A stretch of 43,017 nucleotides of DNA from Proteromonas lacertae. Taxonomy: Eukaryota. The stretch lies in the NCBI GenBank assembly GCA_002245135.1, contig NGBS01000302.1:124001-167017 (forward strand), in the 5' to 3' direction. Below the pieces are notes generated by a model, which saw only the letters and a list, made by a program, of their open reading frames with translations, did not search any database and was not told where the DNA came from. A program made the translations under genes and the position numbers. This document shows, in pieces, positions 1 through 11,149 of the stretch. The first letter of the stretch is position 1. Each line of letters starts with the position of its first letter.

Positions 1-758
1 AAGAAAATCCAACATGTCCAAACACTGATAATAATAAAGGTTCAGGTGATGATAAAGCTTCCTTTTTAATGTCTGGTTGCTTAGCTTATGCCAAATATAT
101 GGATCAATTCAATAGAACATGGATAACTAAACCATTTAATATATTTAAAGGATTTAAAAGTAATGATTTAGAAAATTATGTTAATAGAATATGTGCTGAT
201 AAAGATGAAACATGGAATAAAGAATTAAAAGATTTCCCATCATTAGAACAAGCATTAAAGATGTTACCACCAGGTACAATTGATGTAAAATCAGTTAAAG
301 TTCAACCACCAGAAACTGTAAAAACATCATTTACAATAACAATAGAATATGGAAAACAACAAACAGGAAGACAACAACCAATACAAATATTAACAAGAAA
401 AGACTTAACATTTGATTGTATAAAGAATCTATTAGAACCAATTCCATCATACTTCACAGATAAAGAAGATAAGTGTATTTCAGATAATTGTAAAGATACA
501 GATAAATGTGAAGAAATAACAGTTGATAAATCTGATGATCAGTCTTGGTGGAAAAGAAATATAAAAACACCATTGACTGATAACAAATCTGATTATATAA
601 CCTATTTAGAGAATGTAATATTTAATAATGTAGATACTGTATATGTTCCTCCATTAGAATGTGCTAATAATGGATTATGCAATAGAGAGACAGGATTATG
701 TGAATGTTTCACTGGATATTATGGATTAGCCTGTACTGAAGCTTCTCCAATTCAGTAA
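1..758 (+). CDS. EGF-like/tubular mastigoneme-like protein (Sig1/Ocm1-type), 5' partial
   Basis: Frame is open from the window start. C-terminal EGF module PPLECANNGLCNRETGLCECFTGYYGLAC followed by a short tail; parallels the C-terminus of the 3134-4255 gene. Confidence 0.7.
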   Translation, partial: ENPTCPNTDNNKGSGDDKASFLMSGCLAYAKYMDQFNRTWITKPFNIFKGFKSNDLENYVNRICADKDETWNKELKDFPSLEQALKMLPPGTIDVKSVKVQPPETVKTSFTITIEYGKQQTGRQQPIQILTRKDLTFDCIKNLLEPIPSYFTDKEDKCISDNCKDTDKCEEITVDKSDDQSWWKRNIKTPLTDNKSDYITYLENVIFNNVDTVYVPPLECANNGLCNRETGLCECFTGYYGLACTEASPIQ

Positions 759-891
759 TTAATCTTAATTATATATTATTATTTTTAAATTTTTGATTAT
801 TTGAGAATAATAACATCAACATTAGTTAATTATATAATATTTAATCCTATTTATTAACCATTCTATTATATTAATTAATTAATCTATCAAA

Positions 892-2184
892 TTAAGTATC
901 ATTTTCAAAAGGAGATGAATTATGAGGAGATTTCACTTCATTTGAACTGTATTTTTCATTCCTAATCGATCCATAACTACTAATATTTACATCAATTGGA
1001 AAACTATTACAAGATGGAGGATTACATATAATCTTTTTATATGTAAATAATATTGATGAATTCTTATTATTTATTGTATTATGATTACTCAATATCGTAT
1101 TTTCACCTTTACTATTTCTCATCGTATAACTTCGTTCACTTAAATTAATAGGAAGTAAAGAAGAGTGTGATCTTTGAGAATATCCATATTTCTGTCTAAT
1201 CATAAACACTACATCTTCTATATCTTTATTCTTAGGATGTAATAGTGTATAATCGGCATAATAATAAGGTGGTCTATGTAAGATGTGTTTATCATAAAAT
1301 CGAGTCATACATGACTCTGTATAATTCACTGTATCTTCATGATTAGAACTATTGTGATAATAATAATACATCTTCTTCTTGATTATATTGTGATTTTTAG
1401 CACCTATTATCTTATTGATAAATTCACATCTTAAGAGTGTTAATGTGTTAGTGAAATATGGTGAATGTTGCATAAATTGTATAAATACTTTTATCTGATA
1501 TGTATCTGATTTGCAGTTTGGAATTGCATTTTGTGAATTCTTTAATAATAATAACAATGTGTTCATATCCTTTCTGTCTATATTAAAACTTCGATAAAAT
1601 GATTCTATTTGTGCCTATTAATTTTATATATAATATTGTATATATATACTCTAGTAATGATTAAATGACTATGAATATGGCACAGAGATAAAAGTAATGA
1701 CAATATATGCGAATCATCAATAAACAGGAAGAAACATGAAAATAAAAAGAAACTATCAAAACTAATACAATCTATAACAGAATAAATGAATTGTGTATAA
1801 TCTATATACTTTCTCTCTGAAAATAACTTCTCACAAAACCAGTAAAAGATGAATCTATTAAAGCTTCTAAATTACTTCTCGAAACATAAGCCACTGTTGT
1901 ATCATTACTCCACAACATCAGATATGTTGCCTGAAATATTTTCACTTCGTATATATTCACTATTGTTATTATAGATATTAGTTTATTTATACAAAATAAG
2001 GTGGAAGCCATTTTTGTTGATTCAGTAGACTAGCACTAAGAATAATTTATTTCTATTATTCCTGTTTGGATGCATCATCTGGTAATATGCATTATTCTAA
2101 GAATGTATATAGTGTAAATATACTAACACTTCTACTGTTTCATCAGAAGTTAACCTTCCAGGGGGATACAGATGGACTATTCAT
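892..2184 (-). CDS. Uncharacterised EF-hand-like protein, paralog of 29918-31376; multi-exon with frameshifts
   Basis: ATG at 2184, short GT-AG introns, ORF pieces 1802-2011 and 892-1566. Shares YEVxxxQ, IQFxxHxP and PYYxDY...RxKYG motifs with the 29918 gene. Confidence 0.6.
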
Positions 2185-2454
2185 TGATTGTATAATCACC
2201 GAAAGGTGAGTGGTGTGCTTATTAACACAGAAAAAAGTAAAACCAAAATTTCAAAAAAATACTCGGCTTGTCTTTTTTATGAAACGTTTAAGAAATGCCT
2301 TATTTGAAATAATGGTTATTAATGCAAATTTGAGTATAAAAATGTGATTTATTGTCTGAAAATATGTATTTGTTTGTATATATGGATGAAGTTAAAAATT
2401 TCCAGAAAAATGATTTGGGTGTTTGAAAAATAATTAAATTGGTTTTTGAAAAAA

Positions 2455-3037
2455 ATGACATCTTTTCAACTATTTTTCTCGCCTGATACTAAGATAATCA
2501 ACCCAAAAGGTGATTTACTTTACAGTTGATGTTGCTTTAGAAGGTGTTGATGTGCTTGCATTCTATTTCTCAGCTCATTGGTATTATTTTCATATTAATT
2601 GGTAATGTAGGTGTCCTCCCTGTAGAAAATTTACACCTAAATTTGCTGAATATTACAAAAAGCTGAAAATCAATAATCCACGATTTGAAGTAGTTTTTAT
2701 TTCTTGTGATCAATCTGAGAATGAGTTTAAGGAGTATTATCAGACAATGCCATGGTTAGCACTTCCTTTTGATTGTAAAGATAGAGATAAATTATGGTAT
2801 TTTCTTATTTATAAAAATTTAGTCGAAAATATGCTACTTACATTCCCTACTTGTATTTTTTTCGATAGAGAATGTAATATTCTTACAAAAGATGGTGTAG
2901 CAGCTATTGCATCTGATCCCAATGCCATTGCATTCCCTTACAAAGGATATAAAGCTCCAGCTTCATTATTACAAAATCCAACATTCATAATAATCGTCAT
3001 TGCACTTGTTATATACTTAATAAAGAGATTTGGTTGA
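2455..3037 (+). CDS. Nucleoredoxin/tryparedoxin-like thioredoxin with C-terminal transmembrane tail
   Basis: FYFSAHW|CPPCRKFTP is joined across the 30-nt intron 2581-2610; FEVVFISCD and MPWLALPF follow; second intron 2797-2822; tail FIIIVIALVIYLIKRFG. Apparent extra bases at ~2520 and ~2845. Confidence 0.9.
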
Positions 3038-3133
3038 AATTATTATGATTAAATTCAGTTATAATTATTATCTTTATTAATAAAAACATTTATTTTAAAA
3101 TAATATATATATAATAATTATTATATGTATTAA

Positions 3134-4255
3134 TTACATAACTTCTGAAGCTTGATCACAGCTTGGTCCATAATAACCTCTAAAACATGTACATAATCCA
3201 GTATTAGTATCACAAATACCATTATTACTACAGGATGCAGGTGGTCTAATATAAGATACAGCATATGATATATCTGCTACTAAATTATCATCTATCATCT
3301 ATTCTTGTCATTCCATGATATCCTGTTGGGAAATTATGATTTGAATATTCTGGTACAGTCTTTAATACTTCATTATTTATTAATTCTACTTCATGTTGTC
3401 TTCCTGATATACCTACTCCAAACCAAATTGATATTGTAACTTCCAGTTAAATTCATCTTTATCTGTTGCACAATCTGTTGTAGTTTTACCATCTTCATTT
3501 TTACATTCAACTTGTACATCTTTTAAATTAATAACTGAATATGGTAATTTATTAATTGCTTCTTTCCATTCTGCTACATCTAAAGCATTCAAACTTATCA
3601 GTAAACCATTCTCTTCCAAATAAATCTCTAAATTTAGCATAAACCACATTACCTTTAATATATCACCATCTTTTACTGGTTTTAATGTAATAACTTGTGG
3701 TCCTTGTGTATCCAAATCACAATCACTAGTAGGATAATAACCATAGGGACATTTCCTATATGAGCAATCTGGTCCAAAATAATTACTATCACATACACAC
3801 ACAAATGAGTAATCACTATCTTGTTTTTGATCATTATAATAATTTAAATAAAATTTATCGGAATGAGCAACATCAACATATTGTACTGATGTGCATATAC
3901 CATGATTAGAACAGTCGTTTGGACAGGATGTTCTTTGACAAGCTGTACCTTCAAATCCTGGATAACATTCACATAAACCAGTTTGTCTATTGCAGTTACC
4001 CTGACCTGAACATTCTTTGTGGATTGGTTCTCCATCTGGATTTACTCCTGAAGCAAATGTCACATCATAAGGACAAGTTCCTATTTTAAAAATATAATGA
4101 TAAATAGCTAGAATACTTTGTGAACAGTCTCCAGCTATATAACCAGGATAACAAGTACAAGCTCCATTAGCACCACAAGTTCCATGTCCTGAACAAGAAT
4201 TTGGACATGCGAATATTAGTGGGAGTATAACTAAAGCCAAGTATATATACTTCAT
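3134..4255 (-). CDS. Secreted EGF-repeat tubular mastigoneme-like protein
   Basis: Signal peptide MKYIYLALVILPLIFA. Motifs CPNSCSGHGTC, CPYD, ECSGQGNCNRQTGLCEC, CPNDCSNHGIC, CSYRKCPYG. C-terminal EGF SCSNNGICDTNTGLCTCFRGYYGPSC, stop at 3134. Intron 4081-4116; frameshifts in the 3' third. Confidence 0.8.
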
Positions 4256-4293
4256 ATAAAAAAGTTATAATAAAAATTTGTTACGTTGCTTGT

Positions 4294-4304
4294 TTGGCTT
4301 GAGT
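4294..4304 (-). promoter_or_regulatory. Candidate promoter motif ACTCAAGCCAA
   Basis: The identical 11-mer occurs at 9669-9679 (+). Both copies are in sense orientation ~40-45 nt upstream of an ATG. Confidence 0.35.
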
Positions 4305-4431
4305 AGGTAATTTACGCAAAATTACATTAAATGTGTAATTGGGATTTTAACAACAATAGAATGATGATTTTTATTTATATAATTCATTTTCAACATCAAC
4401 AATTGGAAAATTATAACAATTCTAAATTAAA

Positions 4432-5262
4432 TTATATCTGATACTTACTTAACCAATTTAAATCACAATCTTCTTTAATATTATTTGCTTCTATCAATAT
4501 TTTATCCATATCAACTTCAGGTAATTTCTGTAAAAATGTAAATTGGGGAGTCTCTAATTCCATTAATTGATCTTTAAAATGGTCAATTAAAGCCAAACAG
4601 ACAAACACATGCAATACAATCACATCCTCCCAATTTGGTATTGAAAAATATGAATCAAATAATCTCAATATACAATTCAAAGGTAATTCTTTACATAATA
4701 AATACTTTAACCAACCAACAATCCAGAATGAATCAACCATTTCTTCATCAAAATGATTGTATAGTTCAGGTTGTCTTGTTGGAAATAATACTGTGAAATA
4801 AGCTAACATTCTTTTACCATATTTTTGAAATTCTTGGATTCTATCCATCAGTTCATTATAACATAATTCTATATTCATTGGATCTTGCATGCATTTTATA
4901 AATGGACAAGCTATATATACTAAGTGAGGATTATAATCTAACTCAGAGTGTGAATTTAAATATTTCAATGCAACTTTTTCAATTATTAAATCACTACCAA
5001 TTGGTAAATCATATAGTTTTTGGCATTTTTGAGCTTCTTTAATACAATTCAGTGTAATATCAAAATCTAAATCCAAATTTTCCAAATCATAATTTGGCAC
5101 AACCTCATTTGCAGATTGCGTTGTTATTCCTAACAGTAACTTCCACACATTGCTTCTCAAACCTTCTGGAACTCCAAAATAGGATAATTCACGAAGTTTA
5201 GTAATGTTTATAAATGAATCACCCTCTAACAAATACTGAAACTCTTCAGATGTTGCAGTCAT
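4432..5262 (-). CDS. TBC (Rab-GAP) domain protein
   Basis: KLRELSYFGVPEGLRSNVWKLLLG, PELYNHFDEE and ELPLNCILRLFDSYF are TBC hallmarks. First ATG at 5262. Confidence 0.9.
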   Translation of the reverse strand: MTATSEEFQYLLEGDSFINITKLRELSYFGVPEGLRSNVWKLLLGITTQSANEVVPNYDLENLDLDFDITLNCIKEAQKCQKLYDLPIGSDLIIEKVALKYLNSHSELDYNPHLVYIACPFIKCMQDPMNIELCYNELMDRIQEFQKYGKRMLAYFTVLFPTRQPELYNHFDEEMVDSFWIVGWLKYLLCKELPLNCILRLFDSYFSIPNWEDVIVLHVFVCLALIDHFKDQLMELETPQFTFLQKLPEVDMDKILIEANNIKEDCDLNWLSKYQI

Positions 5263-5340
5263 CTCAATAAAAGAAAAAACATCTAACAATTGTTAATTGT
5301 CTAGAACTGTTTTTTAATAAAAAGATATTTTTAGGAAGAA

Positions 5341-6220
5341 ATGAGTACAACTTTGAGCTCATCACAAGAGTATCTTGGAGATTTACAACCTACTCAACCA
5401 TTATTGCAATACGAAACAAGACATAGAGATAATCCTGGACCTGGATCATATGATATTCCTAGTTCAATTGCCAATAGAGAAGTATTAAGTCCTAGAAGAA
5501 CAGAGGTATATTTTTTAATATTTAATAATTCAATTTAGCCACAATGGAGTCATGAAAAAGCCAATAAAGATGATTATGAGAAAACATACATAGATAAGTT
5601 GCATCAAGACCATATGCCAAACAAAACAACCAAAAATTGTGATTTTCTACCAGAAAAAGCAGCTGATAGTTGTGCTCCTCAGAAAATATCCACAAAGAAC
5701 AGTGAACCAATTTGGTCAATGGGGAAGGAAAGAAGAGAAGCAGTAGACAATAGATATCTATCACCAGATCAACAAAAACATATGGCAACAAGAAACACAT
5801 CAAATGTAGATTATTTACCTGAAATTAGTTCAATGGATAAGCAATGTTTAAGCACACTAGTAACAGAACCACGATTTAAACTAAACCATGCAGATAGATA
5901 TGAATATGAAAATGTATATTTTTATTGTTTTATTTATCAAAATTCAATAGAGTTATATATCACCAGTTCATCAAGAAAAAATGCCAAAGAAAACTACAAA
6001 GAATGTTGATTTCATCTTAAAACCAGGTATAGGTAAGATGGTAGAAAGCAATAGGAAGACTTTACCTTGTTATGGTTTTGGTACTGCTAGACGTGATGCT
6101 AATAGTGCAATTCCTTTACCTAGAATTAGATCACCAAGATCTTCGCCAAGATCTTCACCTCGTTCTTCACCGAAAGGATCTCCTCGATCTGCAAGGAATA
6201 ATAATTCACCTAGAAAATAA
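5341..6220 (+). CDS. STPG/SHIPPO (ODF3-like) flagellar-type repeat protein
   Basis: PGPGSY motif. Introns 5506-5538 and 5914-5950 join three ORFs in frame. Three ~55-aa repeats and an SPR-rich tail. Confidence 0.75.
6128..6190 (+). repeat. Coding 12-nt/4-aa repeat (SSPR-like x5)
   Basis: Translates as RSPRSSPRSSPRSSPKGSPRS. Confidence 0.8.
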
Positions 6221-6515
6221 ATGTATTTATTAAAAATATTGTTTTTATATGCTTTTGGTGTTGTTTAATCTTGAAATGAATAATGATTATCATTAATAAT
6301 ATTAAAAATGAAAATATATTGATAATAAAGCATGAATATAAATACTAGTAACCATTTATATAACCCAAATATCAACATATAAGCATAAAAACAAAAAAGA
6401 GTATTTTTGTCAATTTGACCATTTTGACATGTTCGTTACTGTAATTTTAGGTAATTTATTAAAATGTTGAGAACTACAGGAAGCAAGTATATGGCTCCAT
6501 ATCTGAAATGAAGAA

Positions 6516-8274
6516 ATGGCTAATAGTACTCGACCTAGTAGTCCCAGTTGGAGTTTTGGAGGAGATGGAATAGATCGTAGTTTATGTGATGGTAAAGGCA
6601 GAGTATCATCATATTTGTATTATATCGCTAAATAGGCGCCTGGACCAGGACTATACTACAATGAAGAGAAACAAAACAGTCTTAATAAAAGCCCAAGTTA
6701 CAGTCATCTAGGAGGCAAAGGTGATCGTGACAAGGCAGAAAGACTATACATGGGTAAATTAGCATTTGTTCCCTCCAAAGGACATTCCAGGTCCAAAGTA
6801 TGATGTAAGTCTAAAAAATGAAACACCATCTTTTTCATTTGGACCAAACACAAATACATCAAAAGAATTACTCACAAATAATAATATTAATAGTGATAAA
6901 GGAATTGGTGACAAAATCGGACCAGGCAGTTATTATAGTAAAGCTGACTGTAGTTTTGGCAAATTACCACTTTCAACGAAGAAATATGATGGAACCTATG
7001 CATTTGGCAAAGATCCTAAACTAAAAGGACCAAGGAAAGAAGTCAATCCGGGATTTAGTCATAGTTATTATGATATTACTGTGAGTGTGAAAAAAGCACC
7101 AGGTTTTTCATTTGGACCAAGCCCCAATAAAAGTAAAACAGAAATTAGAAAGCCATTAGATAGAATAAGGAAATATAGTCCAGCAGGTGAAGAATATATA
7201 AATAAACAGAAGAATTTAGGAAGACCAGTTTCCGCACCAGAGTTAAATAGAACAGGTAAATCAACAACCACCACAACTATAATAAATGATGATGATTTTG
7301 ATGGTGTAAATTTACCAGAAAGAACAGGTAAAGAATATATTCCAAAATTCAAATTCGGTAGTGGAAAAAGATTTGAAGAAGACAGTTATCAACCACAAAC
7401 TAAACAATTACCAAGATTTACACCAGGACCCAAATATAATGTTCGTAAAGATTATAGAGAATTTAGTAATAAAACATTCAAATTTGGTACAGCAGAAGAT
7501 AGATATTTAGATACTCAATTAAAGAAAGTGAAAAGAGACAATTATCCATCTCCAGCTGACTATGATATAAATCATATTGAAAGAATTTATGAAGAAGATA
7601 TGGAGAGATTAAGTAAAAATAATAGTCGAAGTAATAGCCGTAGTGGTAGTAGATCTAAGAGCAGAAAAGGAAGTCCAAACAAAGAAGAATATAAATCAAC
7701 TTTAACAAGCAAAGAACATGCTGAAAAAGCAGGTGATCCATTTAATAATTTATTGTCCTTCAAATTAGGAAGTGGAACGAGAGATAGTTTTAGTCGATTA
7801 TATTTCCCAGGTCCTTTGAATAATGCTGAACCTGTATCACCTGGACCACAATATAAACTACCAGATGATCCACAATCACCAAGCTGGAGCTTTGGTGGAT
7901 TAGGAATTGACAGATCTATGATAATGAAGACAGCTGATAAGAATGGACCTATCTACGATACTGCTAAGTATTCCACAATGTCTGAACATGAGAAAGGTGA
8001 TGTGAATCGTCTTGCATATATACCTGGTGGTGATTTTACTAAAGGTAGTAATAATGCTGGGATTTATACACCTGGACCACTTAATCAAGTTGAACCTTGT
8101 AAATTTAGTCCTGGTCCTCTTTATAATCCTGGTCCTATCAGAGATACTCGAACATTTGTCTTTGGTACTGGACCGAAGACAATTCCATGGAAATTAGATC
8201 CTACTGTTGGTACTAGGATTGATACTCCTGGACCTGCCAGTTATGATATTGAAAGATATCGAAAATGGCCTTAA
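6516..8274 (+). CDS. STPG/SHIPPO PGP-repeat (ODF3-like) protein
   Basis: Many PGPxxY and SFG/KFG..R units. SPSWSFGGxGIDRS occurs twice. Intron 6603-6635, frameshift ~6768. May start at ATG 6464 if a base near 6505 is spurious. Confidence 0.8.
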
Positions 8275-8460
8275 AGAATTTAATTTACTTATGTTTTTAA
8301 TACCATATTTATACAAGCGTAAATCATATTTATATATTATTATAATATAAGTTTGTTTGTGTTAGAATTAAAAAAAATCTACAAATTGGGGGTTTCAGAC
8401 AATTGATCGAAAATTTTCAATCAAAATCTATAACTGAATTTTATTTTAAATGTTAATGGA

Positions 8461-9539
8461 ATGAGTATAATAAATCCTTCAACGTCTATTCACTACAGCT
8501 CTATAAAATCGAATAATGTGTTGGAGCACCTAGGCTCCAATACAGTAATTACATTATCTAAGAATTTCTTCCCTTTAAAAGAATTGACACCAGTCATATT
8601 AACTCCAGCAGATCAGAAACGCAGCAGTAAGAAAAACAAATCTGTCAATAGCGGATCGCAACTATATAATGATTTAACCCATTCATCGGTGTATAAAAGA
8701 GTATTAATCAATAACGGAAACAGTATTACAAAGAATAAACGAACTGGATCTATGACTAAGATAGAGGCTGTGGTAAGACTTCAATCTTTTTTTAGAATGG
8801 TTAGAGTAATTAGAAAATTCGAAGATAGAATAGCTCAATATACATCCGTTAGACATTTATTAATAATAGACACATTATCTCGGAGAGGAGACTGGCCTAA
8901 GACTGTCAAAACATTGGATTACTTTAAAAGAAGTAGAATTAAAAAAGAGATAATGTCTTTATATCCTTTAGTAGAAATGTACAATAGTTTTGGAACTTTT
9001 AAAAAGCAAAAAGTAGTAATAATTAAATTCTTATTCTTATGTTTATTAAAGCAAGGTAGAGATACTATAACAGCTCATGATATTAGAATTTTATTAATTG
9101 ATATTTTATGTACAGATATTCCTTATACAGATATTGAAGGAGCTCATGGTATTTTTTCAAGACCTCCTTATAATGGACAAGTGGATTTTCTACAATTTTA
9201 TTCATGGTATGATCAATTCTCTACTCAAATGGGTAAGAAAGTGTCAACATTTCAAATGGTATGTTTATATATTCAATTTTTTACAAATGTTCTAATAATT
9301 TATAGAAAATGAGAAAATATCTAGGTTTCAATTTGCCAGATTACTTTATCATCAATTTTATACAATTGAAAAGTGCTTTTTATGATGTAGTTATTCAATT
9401 ACACAAATATGATTCAATTAGTAACGATATATTAAAATGCAAAGAATGCGGAATTATATTGAAGACATTTCGTTCTCTTATTAAACATACAGTTCAATGC
9501 CAGAAAAAAGCGCAATTAATTAAGAAAATAGTTACATAG
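8461..9539 (+). CDS. IQ / EF-hand-like / CCHC Zn-finger family, copy 1
   Basis: AVVRLQSFFRMVRV, RRGDWP, PPYNGQVDFLQFYSW, CKEC-x12-HTVQC. Intron 9259-9305. Confidence 0.85.
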
Positions 9540-9668
9540 AATATTTATGTGTTAGATTAACTTATTTGTATATTAAATAGTCTGTCTGCTATGTTTTTGT
9601 TGTTGAAATTGTTTAAAAACAATCGAGAAACAGTGCTTTCTATTTTTTACGTTTTTAAAACCATTCAC

Positions 9669-9679
9669 ACTCAAGCCAA
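9669..9679 (+). promoter_or_regulatory. Candidate promoter motif ACTCAAGCCAA
   Basis: Matches 4294-4304 (-); upstream of ATG 9725. Confidence 0.35.
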
Positions 9680-9724
9680 GTTTAGGATTTTTTTTATTTA
9701 AAAAAATAAGTGTTGTTTGATGTT

Positions 9725-10837
9725 ATGAAAAGTAAAATATCTGTAGATTCTAAAGTTTCACGGAGTGACGACCCTCAGTCAGGTTCTAAGACCCTTAGAT
9801 CCATGTTTAGCAATAGAGTTATTCCTTTAACTTCTCCAAAGTCTCAGCAGTCACTGATGGAACGTCCTCCAGATAGTCCTAATCTCACCTGTGTTATGTC
9901 CCCACATGACGTGAAAGCCATTTATTGTCTTTCTCCTCAGTCACACACCAATTCTTTGTATAATGAATTAACAAGTCCAAAAACGTTCAGAAGACAGCTT
10001 TTGAGTATTGGTTCTCAATCTTGTAGTAAGAGTACTATAATACCCAGAATGCCAAGAGATGTGGCTGTAGTAAAAATCCAGTCATATTGGAGAATGTGTT
10101 TGGTCATATTAGCAAGTAAGAAAAAGGAGTCTGATAGAGTGGTATGTTAATTATGATTAATTTATTGTAATAGGCTTTACGACACCAAATATTAGAAGAT
10201 TGTTTGGCTAGAAAAGGTGATTGGCCAAATTTCATAGAAAATCCGAAGAAATATCTTTACTATTTTGGTAATAACCTCTCTAAAGAAATATATTTATTAG
10301 TAAAACATTTTTATGGTGAAAAAGTAACAGAAAAAGAAGAGCAAACGATTCTAAAGTTCTTTTTTAACTGTTTTTGTAAGAATAATTCCGATTCTTTAAG
10401 TGCTACCTCAATTAAGAAGTTATTGACAGGCGTGTTGTGTTTAACAGTACCTAATATCGATATTGATGGTCATAAATGGCATATTCTGCATGTCTCCTTA
10501 CAACAATCATGTAGATTATTTACAATTTTATAATTGGTTTATTAATTATAAGAAAAACACTCCGTTAAAACCAATGAAATGGGAATTAAAAATTTCTCGA
10601 TTTTTTGGTTTTAATATTGATGAAATATTCATGAATAATTTTCTAAAGTCAAAAAGTGCCTGTTATGATGCAATTGTTCAACTTAGAAAATATGATGAGT
10701 TAAATCCATCTGAAGTGAAATGTCCCGTGTGTAAAAAGAAAGGAAGAAATATAAGACATTTGATTAAACATATAAGTAGATGTAGAAGAAGAAAAGAAGA
10801 TAATATTACTAAAATATTTTCAAAAGGGATGATTTAG
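9725..10837 (+). CDS. IQ / EF-hand-like / CCHC Zn-finger family, copy 2
   Basis: AVVKIQSYWR, RKGDWP, SPYNNHVDYLQFYNW, CPVC-x12-HISRC. Intron 10142-10173; one extra A at ~10474. Confidence 0.85.
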
Positions 10838-11149
10838 TGTTATGTATATAATAATGTGTATAAATATAGTGATAAGGATAATGGTATATATTTATTAATG
10901 ATTAGTATAATTTATTGTATATTTTTAAGTTTAATTCATATAATCTTATTAATTTTAATTATAATGATATATATATTACTATTGGAACTGTTTTCTATGA
11001 ATGGTATGCATGGAGCATGCATAATAAGAACATATAAAGAATTAAATGAGCTATTCATAATAACATATTGATTGTAATGAAAAAATTCAAAAAATGTAAC
11101 TGACAAGGTTTGATGATCATCAAACCAAAAACCAAAAAATAACTACAAG

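Noticed and set aside
10856..11071. 71-aa hydrophobic ORF between array copies 2 and 3
   Set aside because: AT-rich low-complexity spacer that yields Ile/Leu by composition; no counterpart in other spacers.
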